DNA of 64,000 nucleotides from Candidatus Dojkabacteria bacterium UBA4813 (lineage in GTDB: Bacteria; Patescibacteriota; Dojkabacteria; SC72): the NCBI GenBank assembly GCA_002402455.1, contig DHFX01000001.1:3358-67357 (forward strand), written 5' to 3'. Both the position numbers and the translations under genes were made by a program. This document shows, piece by piece, positions 26,901 to 35,380 of the stretch. The notes beneath the pieces were generated by a model. It was not told the origin of the DNA and ran no database searches. It saw only the letters and a program-made list of their open reading frames with translations. Each line of letters opens with the position of its first letter. Within the stretch, counting starts at the first letter, position 1.

Positions 26901-26964
26901 GGTATCTGCAGAATCAGGGGGAGCTACAATAGTAGGAAGTTCAATAAGAGTAACTGTAAACTAG
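23923..26964 (+). CDS. mrcA: Class A penicillin-binding protein (glycosyltransferase GT51 + transpeptidase) with a ~330-aa C-terminal Ig-like extension
   Basis: GT51 motifs (AVIAAEDIEFYQHKGIDYFG, GGSTITQQLVK), transpeptidase SxxK (GSSVKPF) and KTGT (CGKTGTTDG) are all present. The N-terminal 90 aa are Lys/Ser-rich before the TM helix. Confidence 0.85.
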   Translation: MRYSVGITNSKKRKSTGNSRNSRKSKSFSKAFSPTQFDKFKSFKKYSSKNVKKKKSKSKGGFNSTSPKGKKPPLNLKAKKAVYIGVGILFFLGCSALIGIGIYLKNLQDSLPSPDELVERSSDQSTQILDREGELLYTVYGDQNREFVSIDEIPEHTKWAVIAAEDIEFYQHKGIDYFGVAQAFLQNLRAGGVVRGGSTITQQLVKSTILYDVLGDEAFAQTYSRKIKEILITMQVEQSFTKDEILQMYMNEIPLGGVNYGFQAAANSYFDKDVNELTLAESALLAGLIQSPGVYSPLFGSNPEMAEERQEYVLDQMYKHRKLTGVTEEEIEEARKEEMVYTSKKIDIEAPHFVFYVKQLLEEEFGADRVERGGLKVTTSLDSSLQTIAEEEVRRGVDGAKRYNVNNGSMVVLDPKTGEILAMVGSVDYFNVEDPRVDGNVNITTSYRQMGSSVKPFVYLTAINRGYGPWLLTPDIPEISFGTYKPTNWDRKYEGLITARRALVQSRNVPAVYTLQLAGIDNFLQIMEKVGVPGLASKVEYGLSLGLGSGEMKLLDFTNAYATLANSGVRKDIVPILKVEDSKGEILFEAEENPGTRVIDEKEAYLVNWMICDLGGFNDKYGNQYYNVAGNKLCGKTGTTDGPRDLLAFVYNQNIVVGVWTGNNNNENMPGGWSSTIPLPLASSFIKRVIEHYPSTTYNRPAGILTTSVCKDSGATRPDDASWDCAKEASLYIAGRPPQVDKREVVEVCKENGLLPSNLDAAQKYGLTETKIFINKELENSLQQAAYEKYLTKEEDSKYIISKPESGICPLPLGPDNAPVIDLVTPSEGQSVVRGRNLEISGQVRYLEGISKFETKFDSNNITGASINADGSFVVNYFVPEETLLGNHIITVLAEDNYGKTDTKNININIVNASSAFSLSLTSPLNGQTFTLPSQFPVVLVASISGGTVEKVTFQISQVTGSYSKTLTDTDSSGGWSQNWTNDGVSSGDYTIQVSAESGGATIVGSSIRVTVN

Positions 26965-29462
26965 ATTAGCTTTACATTCTCATAATCTTTTTCAATTCTT
27001 TTATTTATTTTAAGAAGAATTTCTTTTATTTCCGAATCCTTTAGTGTTTTATTAAAATCACTAGCAGTTATTCTGTAAGTAATCCTCTTTTTCCTCTTAA
27101 GTTTTTCATCTGAATATATATCTAAGCACTCAATTTTATACCAGAGATTTTCCCTTTTTAATATTTGAGTAACTTTATTCTCTAAATCTTTATATTTTAT
27201 TTCTATTGGCATTTCAAAACAGAGGTCCTTTGTAAATGCCGGATAAATAGGTCTTTGTTTATATCTCTTACTAGAAGGTTTTATCTTTATAAGATCATCC
27301 AGATTTATTTCAAATGCTCCACTATATTCTGGTAGTTTATAATTTCCCTTTATAGATGTGTCAATCTCCCCTACTACACCAAGCTTTATCCCTCCTACAG
27401 ATATGATACTCGCTCTATTAGGTTCAAAAATATTTAATATGTTTTTGATATGTGGGGGAAGATCTAACTCTTTGCTTTCTGAAATAAGATCGTATTGAAT
27501 ATTTTCAATCCCTAGGTATCTGAACACTTTCTCCAAATATTTCTTTGCAACAAAATAGGGAGATGAAGTGGTATCGACCTTGACATCGGTCGTTAAACAA
27601 CTTAGATACCAATTCTCTATTGGTAATTTATCTTCCCCTACAAAATTGTTTAAATGGGAAATATTTATTTCGTACATTACGAAAGTTTCTTCTCCTCTAT
27701 CTAGGTTCTCCTTAGCTTTTAGAAGGAGTGATTGAAGTAAAGTTGTTCTCATTAAGGAAAGTCCCGGTGATAGTGGGTTCTGTATCTTGTAGGCAAGGTT
27801 GTCATCCAAATTGCAGTTTTTAAAGGAATCTATTCCTACAAAGCTATAATTTAAAGATTCATTCGCTCCACTATTTGAAAGAACCTCTCTGACAGATTTC
27901 TTGATCTCTATAATAAAATTTTTCTGTGGTGGTGTGATTTCCCTTTGGGGAAGCTTTATTGGAATATTGTTAAAACCGAAAACTCTTCCGATATCTTCGT
28001 AAACATCTTCTTCTATTTCGATATCTTTTCTCCAACTAGGTGATGTTGCTTTTATCCATACATTATCTTTTTTGCCCTCAATTTCAACTCTGTATTCCAG
28101 ATTCTTGAGTATTGTTGCTATCTCCTCTGTTGTAAGCCCAGTCCCGAGAATTGTGTTTAGTTTCTTTGGAAAGATTATTATTGTTACTTCATTTTTTTTC
28201 TCATGATAAATATCTATTATCTCGGAGGCCACTTTTCCCCAGTCGTTCTCTTTTATGATTTCTGTAGCTTTTAATAATCCGGGTAAACACTGCTTAGGGT
28301 CAAGACTCCTCTTAAATCTGGTTGCTGCCTCACTAAAGATACCTAGGCGCATACTTGTTTTTCTAATACTTGTTTTATTGAAGTTTGCAGATTCTAATAT
28401 TATTCTTTTTGTGCTTTCATCTACCTCTGTTTCTTTTCCTCCGATAACGCCGGCAATTGCAATTGGATGTGTGGAGTCTGCAATAACCATTGTTTCTTGA
28501 TCTAGGGTGTAGAGTTTGTTATCCAGACCTAAGATTGTTTCCTGCGGTTGTGCCATTCTGACAATTATATTTGCACTATCTTCTGTGTTTGGATCGTTGC
28601 TTATTATCTTGTCATAATCAAATGCGTGAAGTGGTTGACCTGTTAAAACTGATATGTAATTTGTGATGTCTACAATGTTATTAACGGGTTTGAAACCACA
28701 TTTTATAAGGGTTGATTTCAGCCATACAGGAGATTCTTCTACCTTGACATTATCCAAAGCTAATGCGATATATCTGGGACAGATAGCTTCTGCGTCATTT
28801 ATAACTTTAACGTTTAGGCAAGTATCTTCCGGTTTGAGATTTTTATCATAGTTTAAATACCAATCCGGACTAGTGAATTTCTCTCCCATGATTGCAGTTA
28901 ATTCTCTTGCTATTCCTAAAATTCCAAAAAGGTCTCCTCTATTTGTTAACGCTTTGTTTTCTATTTCAACAATTGTATCGTTGAGATCGTAGTATTCAGC
29001 AAAAGGCTGACCTACAGGAGCGTCATCAGGTAAAACCATTACCCTAGTATGATCATTTCCTAAGTTTAGCTCTCTTGCAGAACCCATCATCCCATTGGAA
29101 GCAAATCCCCTAAGGTTTATTTTTTTTATTACGAAAGGTTTTTGTTCCACTATAATGCTATAAGGAACTATTGCTCCTATCTTGAGGTATGGTACTTTGT
29201 TTCCAATTTCTAGGTTCTTGTCTCCTGCTACAACCTGTACAGGTTCTTTTTCACCATAGTCTATTTTGTAAACGGCTAACTTTTCAGCATTGGGATGATC
29301 TTTCTTTTCTACAATCTGAGCAATTACAATGTCTTTGTAGTCTTCTCTTAAATTGTGACTGTAATCTACTTCTGCGATATGATCTTGTATTAGTTGGACA
29401 ATCTTGGTGTCCTCTACATTAATATCTGTAAATTTTCGTAAAAGGTTTGTACTTAGTCTCAT
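26961..29462 (-). CDS. pheT: Phenylalanyl-tRNA synthetase beta subunit
   Basis: 833 aa with the PheT domain order (N-terminal tRNA-binding, B3/4, B5, and the catalytic-like C-terminal region). It follows pheS with a 1-nt gap. Confidence 0.9.
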   Translation of the reverse strand: MRLSTNLLRKFTDINVEDTKIVQLIQDHIAEVDYSHNLREDYKDIVIAQIVEKKDHPNAEKLAVYKIDYGEKEPVQVVAGDKNLEIGNKVPYLKIGAIVPYSIIVEQKPFVIKKINLRGFASNGMMGSARELNLGNDHTRVMVLPDDAPVGQPFAEYYDLNDTIVEIENKALTNRGDLFGILGIARELTAIMGEKFTSPDWYLNYDKNLKPEDTCLNVKVINDAEAICPRYIALALDNVKVEESPVWLKSTLIKCGFKPVNNIVDITNYISVLTGQPLHAFDYDKIISNDPNTEDSANIIVRMAQPQETILGLDNKLYTLDQETMVIADSTHPIAIAGVIGGKETEVDESTKRIILESANFNKTSIRKTSMRLGIFSEAATRFKRSLDPKQCLPGLLKATEIIKENDWGKVASEIIDIYHEKKNEVTIIIFPKKLNTILGTGLTTEEIATILKNLEYRVEIEGKKDNVWIKATSPSWRKDIEIEEDVYEDIGRVFGFNNIPIKLPQREITPPQKNFIIEIKKSVREVLSNSGANESLNYSFVGIDSFKNCNLDDNLAYKIQNPLSPGLSLMRTTLLQSLLLKAKENLDRGEETFVMYEINISHLNNFVGEDKLPIENWYLSCLTTDVKVDTTSSPYFVAKKYLEKVFRYLGIENIQYDLISESKELDLPPHIKNILNIFEPNRASIISVGGIKLGVVGEIDTSIKGNYKLPEYSGAFEINLDDLIKIKPSSKRYKQRPIYPAFTKDLCFEMPIEIKYKDLENKVTQILKRENLWYKIECLDIYSDEKLKRKKRITYRITASDFNKTLKDSEIKEILLKINKRIEKDYENVKLI

Positions 29463-29463
29463 T

Positions 29464-30501
29464 TTAAAACTGTTGTAAGAAGTTAAGGTTACTCTCTCTT
29501 AGGTGTCTGATGTCCTCTATGCCTAGCTTTATCATGGCAAGTCTGTCTACTCCAAAACCCCAAGCAAAACCGGAATACATTTGAGAGTCGATAGCTGCTT
29601 CTTTGAGGACATTGGGGTGTATCATTCCACAACCCATTATCTCTATCCATCCGGAGTGTCCACATGTAGAGCATCCGGTCATATTACAGAATGGACAACC
29701 TATTACAAATTCACAATCCGGTTCTGTAAATGGGAAATAAGCGGGTTGTATTTTAACTTTAAGATCAGTCTCTAAATATCTTTCTAGAAATGTTTTTATT
29801 GTAGCTATCATGTTAGATAGTGAGACGTTTTTGTCAACATAAATTCCTTCTATTTGGTGAAATGTATGTTCATGCCCAGCATCTGTAGCTTCGTTCCTAA
29901 AACATCTTCCAGGGAGTACAACTGCTATTGGAGGTGGTCCAAATTTTTTTAATGCTCTGTTTTGCATTGTAGATGTATGTGCGGGTAAAACTAGTCCATC
30001 TTCTGTTCTAAAAGTGTCATACATATCTCTTGCAGGATGCCCTTTAGGGAAATTTAAAGATTGAAACATATGATAGTCATCATCGATTTGCCTGCTTTCT
30101 AATATGTCAAAACCCATACTACTAAAGATTCTTAAAATTTTTTCCATTTCTTTGGTAAGAGGGTGCTTGCTTCCTTTAAGAGAGAGCATTTGGTTATATA
30201 AATGAGGTTTTTCATTAATATCAAAAGGTGCCGTAGGATCAATCTTGGGTTTTGAAGTATATTCACGGTCCTGTTGGACTTTTTCAGAGAGCTTCTCTTC
30301 TACAAAGGCTTTTAGAGTATTAACTTCCTTCCCGTACATTGGTTTCTCTTTGGCTGAAACATTTACAATCTCTTTTAAGGCTTCTGTTACAAGACCTTTT
30401 TTACCAAGGTACTTCTCTTTAAGTTGCTCATGGCTTAAATCTTTCAGATCTTTGCTAAAAGAAGTTTGTATGTTAGCGAGGTTTTTTTGTGTATATTCCA
30501 T
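29464..30501 (-). CDS. pheS: Phenylalanyl-tRNA synthetase alpha subunit
   Basis: Class II motifs FRNEATDAGHEHTFHQIEG and GFAWGFGVDRLAM are present. Confidence 0.9.
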   Translation of the reverse strand: MEYTQKNLANIQTSFSKDLKDLSHEQLKEKYLGKKGLVTEALKEIVNVSAKEKPMYGKEVNTLKAFVEEKLSEKVQQDREYTSKPKIDPTAPFDINEKPHLYNQMLSLKGSKHPLTKEMEKILRIFSSMGFDILESRQIDDDYHMFQSLNFPKGHPARDMYDTFRTEDGLVLPAHTSTMQNRALKKFGPPPIAVVLPGRCFRNEATDAGHEHTFHQIEGIYVDKNVSLSNMIATIKTFLERYLETDLKVKIQPAYFPFTEPDCEFVIGCPFCNMTGCSTCGHSGWIEIMGCGMIHPNVLKEAAIDSQMYSGFAWGFGVDRLAMIKLGIEDIRHLRESNLNFLQQF

Positions 30502-30540
30502 AATTAAAAGTATACTATATCGTTACAAAATATTAAACAA

Positions 30541-30562
30541 AAAGACCCTTCGTAGGGTCTTT
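30541..30562 (-). terminator. Rho-independent terminator hairpin between rplT and pheS (perfect 9-bp stem, 4-nt loop, U-tract on the minus-strand transcript)
   Basis: Plus-strand aaagaccct-tcgt-agggtcttt at 30541-30562. On the minus strand the hairpin is followed by TTTGTTTAATATTTTG. Confidence 0.55.
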
Positions 30563-30585
30563 AACAATTTCTAAAAGTAAAAACC

Positions 30586-30924
30586 CTATACAGATTTAAC
30601 TATAAAGGAGAATACTTCAGGATTATTGACAGCTAAGTCAGCCAAAACTTTTCTGTCTAATTCCACTTTATTATCTTTAAGTCTTTTGATGAGATCTTTG
30701 TATTGCACATCATTTTGTTTACATGCGGCGTTAATCTTGGTTATCCAGACTTTTCTCATCTGTGCACTTCTCTTTTGTCTGTGATCATAAGCGTATTGAC
30801 CTGCATGTAGGTATGCCTCGTGGGAGACTTTGTACAACTTTCCTTTTGTTAATCTATATCCCTTTGTCTTATCCAAGACTTTCTGATGTCTTCTTTTTCT
30901 TGTCGTTCCACCCTTAACTCTCAT
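30586..30924 (-). CDS. rplT: 50S ribosomal protein L20
   Basis: MRVKGGTTRKRRHQKVLDKTKGY... matches the L20 signature and the infC-rpmI-rplT order. Confidence 0.9.
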   Translation of the reverse strand: MRVKGGTTRKRRHQKVLDKTKGYRLTKGKLYKVSHEAYLHAGQYAYDHRQKRSAQMRKVWITKINAACKQNDVQYKDLIKRLKDNKVELDRKVLADLAVNNPEVFSFIVKSV

Positions 30925-30935
30925 CTTTATTGATT

Positions 30936-31148
30936 CTAGATATTAACTATTTTTCTAATTAGATTCTTTTTTACTGAACTGTCAACCTGGGCATTATCTT
31001 TTTGTCTTCTCTTTTCTCTTGTAGACTTCTTTGTTCTTAAGTGTCCCTGGTGACTTTGCTTATATATCAATTTAGGAGTCTTATTTCCCCTTGGTCTTGA
31101 TAGCTTAATTCTTTTCTTTGCTGTTTTGTTTGTTTTTTGTCTAGCCAT
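30936..31148 (-). CDS. rpmI: 50S ribosomal protein L35
   Basis: 70 aa, highly basic, with K.K......KKR.K......K...H. It lies between infC and rplT. Confidence 0.8.
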   Translation of the reverse strand: MARQKTNKTAKKRIKLSRPRGNKTPKLIYKQSHQGHLRTKKSTREKRRQKDNAQVDSSVKKNLIRKIVNI

Positions 31149-31650
31149 TTGCTTTAAACGTTATTGAAATTCTATTACCCTCGCGTTTAGGCTCGGCTTC
31201 GATACTACTATAATCATTAAAATTAGTCAATATTTCAGCAAAAACCTCCTTTGCCAAATCCATAGATTGCCTCCCTTTCTTTTGCATAACTAGTTTTACA
31301 GGGTGTCCTTTGTCCAAATATTCTTTAGCTCTTTTTACCCTGTGGTCTATATCTCCTTCTTCTATAACCGGAGAAAATCTAAACTCTTTTTGCTCTTTAG
31401 TCTTGTTGTTGCTTTTTCTACTCTTTTTTCTCTGCTCATAGAGGTATTTTGATAGGTCCATTATTTTACATACGGGGGGATTTGCAGTAGCTCCTACCTC
31501 TACTAGGTCAAGTTGGTTATCTTTGGCAAGGTTGATTGCTTCCTCTGTTTTAACTATGCCTCTATTTTCTCCTTTGTGATCTATTAATTGTACTTCTGGA
31601 ACTCTTATCTCCTGATTTACTCTCGGACCTTTTGATTTCTTAAATATCAT
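31141..31650 (-). CDS. infC: Translation initiation factor IF-3
   Basis: EIRVPEVQLIDHKGENRGIVKTEEAINLAKDNQLDLVEVGATANPPVCKIMD and the C-domain are present. The start codon may be non-ATG as in other infC genes; the ORF-track start was taken as given. Confidence 0.9.
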   Translation of the reverse strand: MIFKKSKGPRVNQEIRVPEVQLIDHKGENRGIVKTEEAINLAKDNQLDLVEVGATANPPVCKIMDLSKYLYEQRKKSRKSNNKTKEQKEFRFSPVIEEGDIDHRVKRAKEYLDKGHPVKLVMQKKGRQSMDLAKEVFAEILTNFNDYSSIEAEPKREGNRISITFKANG

Positions 31651-31672
31651 TTATTAATTAAATTTGTTAAAA

Positions 31673-33463
31673 TTATTTACTTTTGTTATCACCATTTTTG
31701 TTAGAATAAGACTCCTTGTTTCTGATCTCTTCTTTAAGATTATCTATAAACTCTTGAATTTTCATCAATCCTTCTTCCCTGTTGTTTCTAGCTCTGACAG
31801 AGACGGTTTCTGTTTCTATTTCCTTGTCTCCTACTATTACAATATAAGGGATTTTCATCTTCTCTGCATCCCTGATTCTGGATTGCATGCTCTTGTTTCT
31901 ATTGTCCAATTTTACTCTTATCTTTGCCTCCTTTAATTGTGCGAATACTTCATTAGCGTATTGTATGTGCTTTTCTGATATGGGAATGATGTAAACTTGC
32001 TCAGGTGCTAACCATAGTGGGAAATCTCCACCGTGGTGCTCTATTAAGAATGCAAAAAATCTTTCAAAGGAACCAATAAGTGCTCTGTGGATTACAAATG
32101 GTTGTTTTTCTTCTCCGTCTGAGTTTATATATGTGATTCCAAATTTTTCTGGAAGGTTGAAATCTAACTGTATGGTAGATACCGAGTCCTCTTTTCCAAA
32201 AACGTTTACTGCTTGAACATCGATCTTGGGTCCGTAAAAAGCAGCATCTCCGGGGACTTCTTCGAAGACAACTTTTCTATCTGTTAGAACTTTTCTTAAA
32301 GTGTCTTCTGCTGACTTCCACTTTTGGGGATCTCCAGCATATTTATCCGGATTTGTTTCTTTGTCGGATAGTGAAAGTCTAAACTTGTAATTATCAAAGC
32401 CGACATCCTTGTAAAAAGTTTCAAGAAGGTCAAAAGTTTCGTTGATTACATCCTCCAATTGTTCTGGGGTACAGAATAGATGTGCATCATTTTGGGTAAA
32501 ACCTCTGACTCTTTGGAGTCCGTGTAACTCGCCTGACTTCTCATATCTATATACAGTTCCGAACTCTCCCAGTTTGTAAGGTAATTCTTTATAACTTTTT
32601 GGAGTTAGTTTGTAAACCATCATAGCGGCAGGACAGTTCATTGGTTTAAGATAGTAAGTTTCATCTTCTATCTCAATAGGTGCATACATTGAATCTTTGT
32701 AGAAATCTAAGTGACCGGAAGTTTCAAACAATTCTTTCTTATTGATATGTGGAGTTAAGATATGTTCATATCCTGCTTCTCTTTCAAGTTCCAGCATGTA
32801 ATCTTCTAAGATAGTTCTTATCACGTATCCTCTTGGAAGCCACACAGGTAATCCTTGTCCTATTTCGTTAATAATTGCAAATAATTGTAATTGCTTACCT
32901 AATTTCCTGTGGTTCCTTTTTTCTAATTCTTTTTGGTTCTCCAGATACTTCTGTAACTCTTCCTTGGTTTCAAAAGCAGTCCCATATATTCGGGTTAACA
33001 TTTTATTTTTTTCATTTCCTTTCCAATAAGCACCTGCTGTTTTGATTAGTTTTACTGCTCCTATTTCTTTAGTGGAGTTGATATGGGGCCCTCTGCAGAG
33101 GTCTGCGAACTCATTGTCTCCTGTTATATAGAAGCTGAATTTTTCACCCTCCAGCTCTCTTAAAAGTTCCAGTTTATATATTTGATCGGTTTTTTCCAAG
33201 TATTCTTCAGCCTCTTTTCTGGTCATCATAATTTGTTTAAGAGGAAGATTTTGCTTTATTATTTTTTTCATTTCTTTTTCTATCTCTTTAAGATCTTCTT
33301 CCTCTATTGGTTCTGTAAAATCAAAATCATAATAAAAGCCATTTTCAATGGCAGGTCCTATACCCAACTTGGTATCGGGATAGAGTTTTAGTATTGCTTG
33401 AGCAAGAACATGCGATGCAGAGTGTCTCATTTTTTCTAGTTTTAACTTTTGTTCGGAATCCAT
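31673..33463 (-). CDS. thrS: Threonyl-tRNA synthetase (lacking the N-terminal TGS domain)
   Basis: The editing-domain start RHSASHVLAQAI...GPAIENGFYYDFDF is present. So are the class II core (YKLTPKSYKELP, RVRGFTQNDAH) and the anticodon-binding domain. Confidence 0.9.
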   Translation of the reverse strand: MDSEQKLKLEKMRHSASHVLAQAILKLYPDTKLGIGPAIENGFYYDFDFTEPIEEEDLKEIEKEMKKIIKQNLPLKQIMMTRKEAEEYLEKTDQIYKLELLRELEGEKFSFYITGDNEFADLCRGPHINSTKEIGAVKLIKTAGAYWKGNEKNKMLTRIYGTAFETKEELQKYLENQKELEKRNHRKLGKQLQLFAIINEIGQGLPVWLPRGYVIRTILEDYMLELEREAGYEHILTPHINKKELFETSGHLDFYKDSMYAPIEIEDETYYLKPMNCPAAMMVYKLTPKSYKELPYKLGEFGTVYRYEKSGELHGLQRVRGFTQNDAHLFCTPEQLEDVINETFDLLETFYKDVGFDNYKFRLSLSDKETNPDKYAGDPQKWKSAEDTLRKVLTDRKVVFEEVPGDAAFYGPKIDVQAVNVFGKEDSVSTIQLDFNLPEKFGITYINSDGEEKQPFVIHRALIGSFERFFAFLIEHHGGDFPLWLAPEQVYIIPISEKHIQYANEVFAQLKEAKIRVKLDNRNKSMQSRIRDAEKMKIPYIVIVGDKEIETETVSVRARNNREEGLMKIQEFIDNLKEEIRNKESYSNKNGDNKSK

Positions 33464-33593
33464 AATAAAAATATTTACTCAACTTAATAGAGGGAAAGCA
33501 ATGGCATTAGAAAAGAGGTGTTGAAAAAACAATTTTACACAGTTTCTCCTTTGTTTTACCGAATTGTTTATACATCGTTCCTATTTTATATTT

Positions 33594-34346
33594 TTAATGT
33601 TTATTTTGCAATTCCTTTACTATGTAGAAAGAGATTGTGTTCAGACCGAAATTGTAGGATTCTAGTAGTTTTATGTTGTTTAAGGATAATTTCTCCAGGG
33701 GATATCTCTTTGGGTGTTTAAGTATTAAAGCTCCCTTGAATTTTTCTTTTTGGTTCTGTACTCCAGTAAGAAGGTTTGATGCCATGTTGATTATATCCTC
33801 CATTTTGTAAGTCTTCTTTGTATTGAAAAGTTTGTATGGAGGGTCTAGGAATATTATGTCAAAAGTTTCAATAGTTTTTTCGTTGTTTTTTTTGTGAAGA
33901 TACTCCTCTACTTTGGAGTTAATAACTTCAGAATCTAGTAGAAAGCCGGTACTAGTAATATTCTTCTTCAGTATGTAAATGGCATTTTTGGAGGCTTCAA
34001 CAAAGGTCGTGTGTTCTGCTCCTCTTGAAAGTGCCTCTAAACCAAAGGAACCGGTTCCGGCATATAGGTCTAGGATTCTTCTTTTGTAAATGTCTTTTTC
34101 AAGGATGTCAAAAATTTGAACTTTCATTCTATCTGTTAAGGGTCTTGTGGTTTTAGGTATTTCGAGTTTAAAGTTTTTTGCTTTTCCAGCGGTGATTCTA
34201 ACAAAAGTTTTAATAGTGGGTTCTTTGTGTAGTATTTTTTCTTTGAGGAAGACTTTCTCTCTTTCGTCAAATTCTTCGGGAGTTGTTACTTTCCACTTGT
34301 TCCTTTCTTTTCTAAGTTTTTTTGCTGAGTCGTACTGTAAGCTCAT
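33594..34346 (-). CDS. rsmD: 16S rRNA (guanine966-N2)-methyltransferase RsmD with a ~48-aa N-terminal extension
   Basis: VRITAGKAKNFKLEIPKTTRPLTDRMKVQIFDIL aligns with the RsmD N-terminus. The SAM motif DLYAGTGSFGLEALSRGA and the FLDPPY motif are present. Confidence 0.75.
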   Translation of the reverse strand: MSLQYDSAKKLRKERNKWKVTTPEEFDEREKVFLKEKILHKEPTIKTFVRITAGKAKNFKLEIPKTTRPLTDRMKVQIFDILEKDIYKRRILDLYAGTGSFGLEALSRGAEHTTFVEASKNAIYILKKNITSTGFLLDSEVINSKVEEYLHKKNNEKTIETFDIIFLDPPYKLFNTKKTYKMEDIINMASNLLTGVQNQKEKFKGALILKHPKRYPLEKLSLNNIKLLESYNFGLNTISFYIVKELQNKH

Positions 34347-34437
34347 GGGAGTATTATATCCTATTTATAGGGATTTTTTAACTTAACGAATTTACAGTAG
34401 CTTTTAGTTCAAGTAAGGATTTTTGTAAGAGAGGATT

Positions 34438-34890
34438 TTATAACTTTGGAGCAGTGCTATTCCCATAAAGGAAATATATAGTTTTTCCTTCTGCAGGAAT
34501 GGAGGTTATTTTAACTAGAACCCTAGTATTTTCACTGTTACATCCGTCTTCTGTATTAGGTTGTCCAAGTATTTCAAACTCAAGAGCAGTTTCATTGTCG
34601 CTATCCAGAAATCTCATATCATTACATGTAGATTGTAACTTACCAAGTTCAATTAATTCCTTGGTATTTATTGTTATCTCCACATCTTCTGTAAAAGTAA
34701 GTCTTTCTCTTTCGTTTTCTATTTTTATTCCCTTCCTGTACAGCCAGCTGCTGCTCTCTCCTGCAATCTCTGGAGTATCTAGAATGCTATTGCTTTGATT
34801 TTGTATCATCTTGACACTAATACCAATAGTGACAAGCAATATCAGAATAGTAATTTTCTTTCCTAAGTCCATAATAATATATTGTAGCAA
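34438..34890 (-). CDS. Hypothetical secreted/membrane-anchored protein (150 aa)
   Basis: An N-terminal hydrophobic helix is followed by a soluble domain. No motif was recognised. Confidence 0.3.
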   Translation of the reverse strand: MLQYIIMDLGKKITILILLVTIGISVKMIQNQSNSILDTPEIAGESSSWLYRKGIKIENERERLTFTEDVEITINTKELIELGKLQSTCNDMRFLDSDNETALEFEILGQPNTEDGCNSENTRVLVKITSIPAEGKTIYFLYGNSTAPKL

Positions 34891-34921
34891 AAAGAGAGAG
34901 AAAGTTTTTACAAGGGAGGTT

Positions 34922-35380
34922 TTAGCAATTTCTTGTTATTTCGTAAAGCACGGCAGTAGCACAATTTGCTACATTTAAAGATTCTTTCTTCCCCCTCATT
35001 GGTACCATTATTTTCTCACTGGAGAATTTGTCAAGGATTTTTTTATCTACACCATTCTTTTCATGTCCAAATACTAGGGCTAATTCGTTTGGGTAATCTA
35101 TTTCTTGAAAGTTTTTAGCATCCTTTGTTAATTCAACTGAGTATATAGGAATGCCCATATCTCGGATCCCTTCTAGAGCGTCTTCTGTTGTATCATAGTG
35201 CTCAGAGGCAACCATCTCCGTGGCTCCTAGAGCAGTCTTCTCTAGCTTGGGGTTATCTATATCAGCAGTTATTCCACAAAGATATATCTTTTCTACATGT
35301 CCTGCACCATCCGCAGATCTAAATATACTTCCGACATTAAACACAGATCTTATATTGTCTAAAACTACGTGTATTTTCAT
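34922..35380 (-). CDS. SpoU/TrmH-class RNA 2'-O-methyltransferase (TrmL-sized)
   Basis: SPOUT motifs are present: LVFGHEKNGV, IMVPMRG and SLNVANCATAVLYE. It overlaps the recG stop by 4 nt. Confidence 0.75.
   Translation of the reverse strand: MKIHVVLDNIRSVFNVGSIFRSADGAGHVEKIYLCGITADIDNPKLEKTALGATEMVASEHYDTTEDALEGIRDMGIPIYSVELTKDAKNFQEIDYPNELALVFGHEKNGVDKKILDKFSSEKIMVPMRGKKESLNVANCATAVLYEITRNC

Noticed and set aside
30502-30585. pheST attenuator leader peptide (pheM-like)
   Set aside because: Translating the minus strand of the spacer gives no Phe-rich short ORF. Only the terminator hairpin is supportable.
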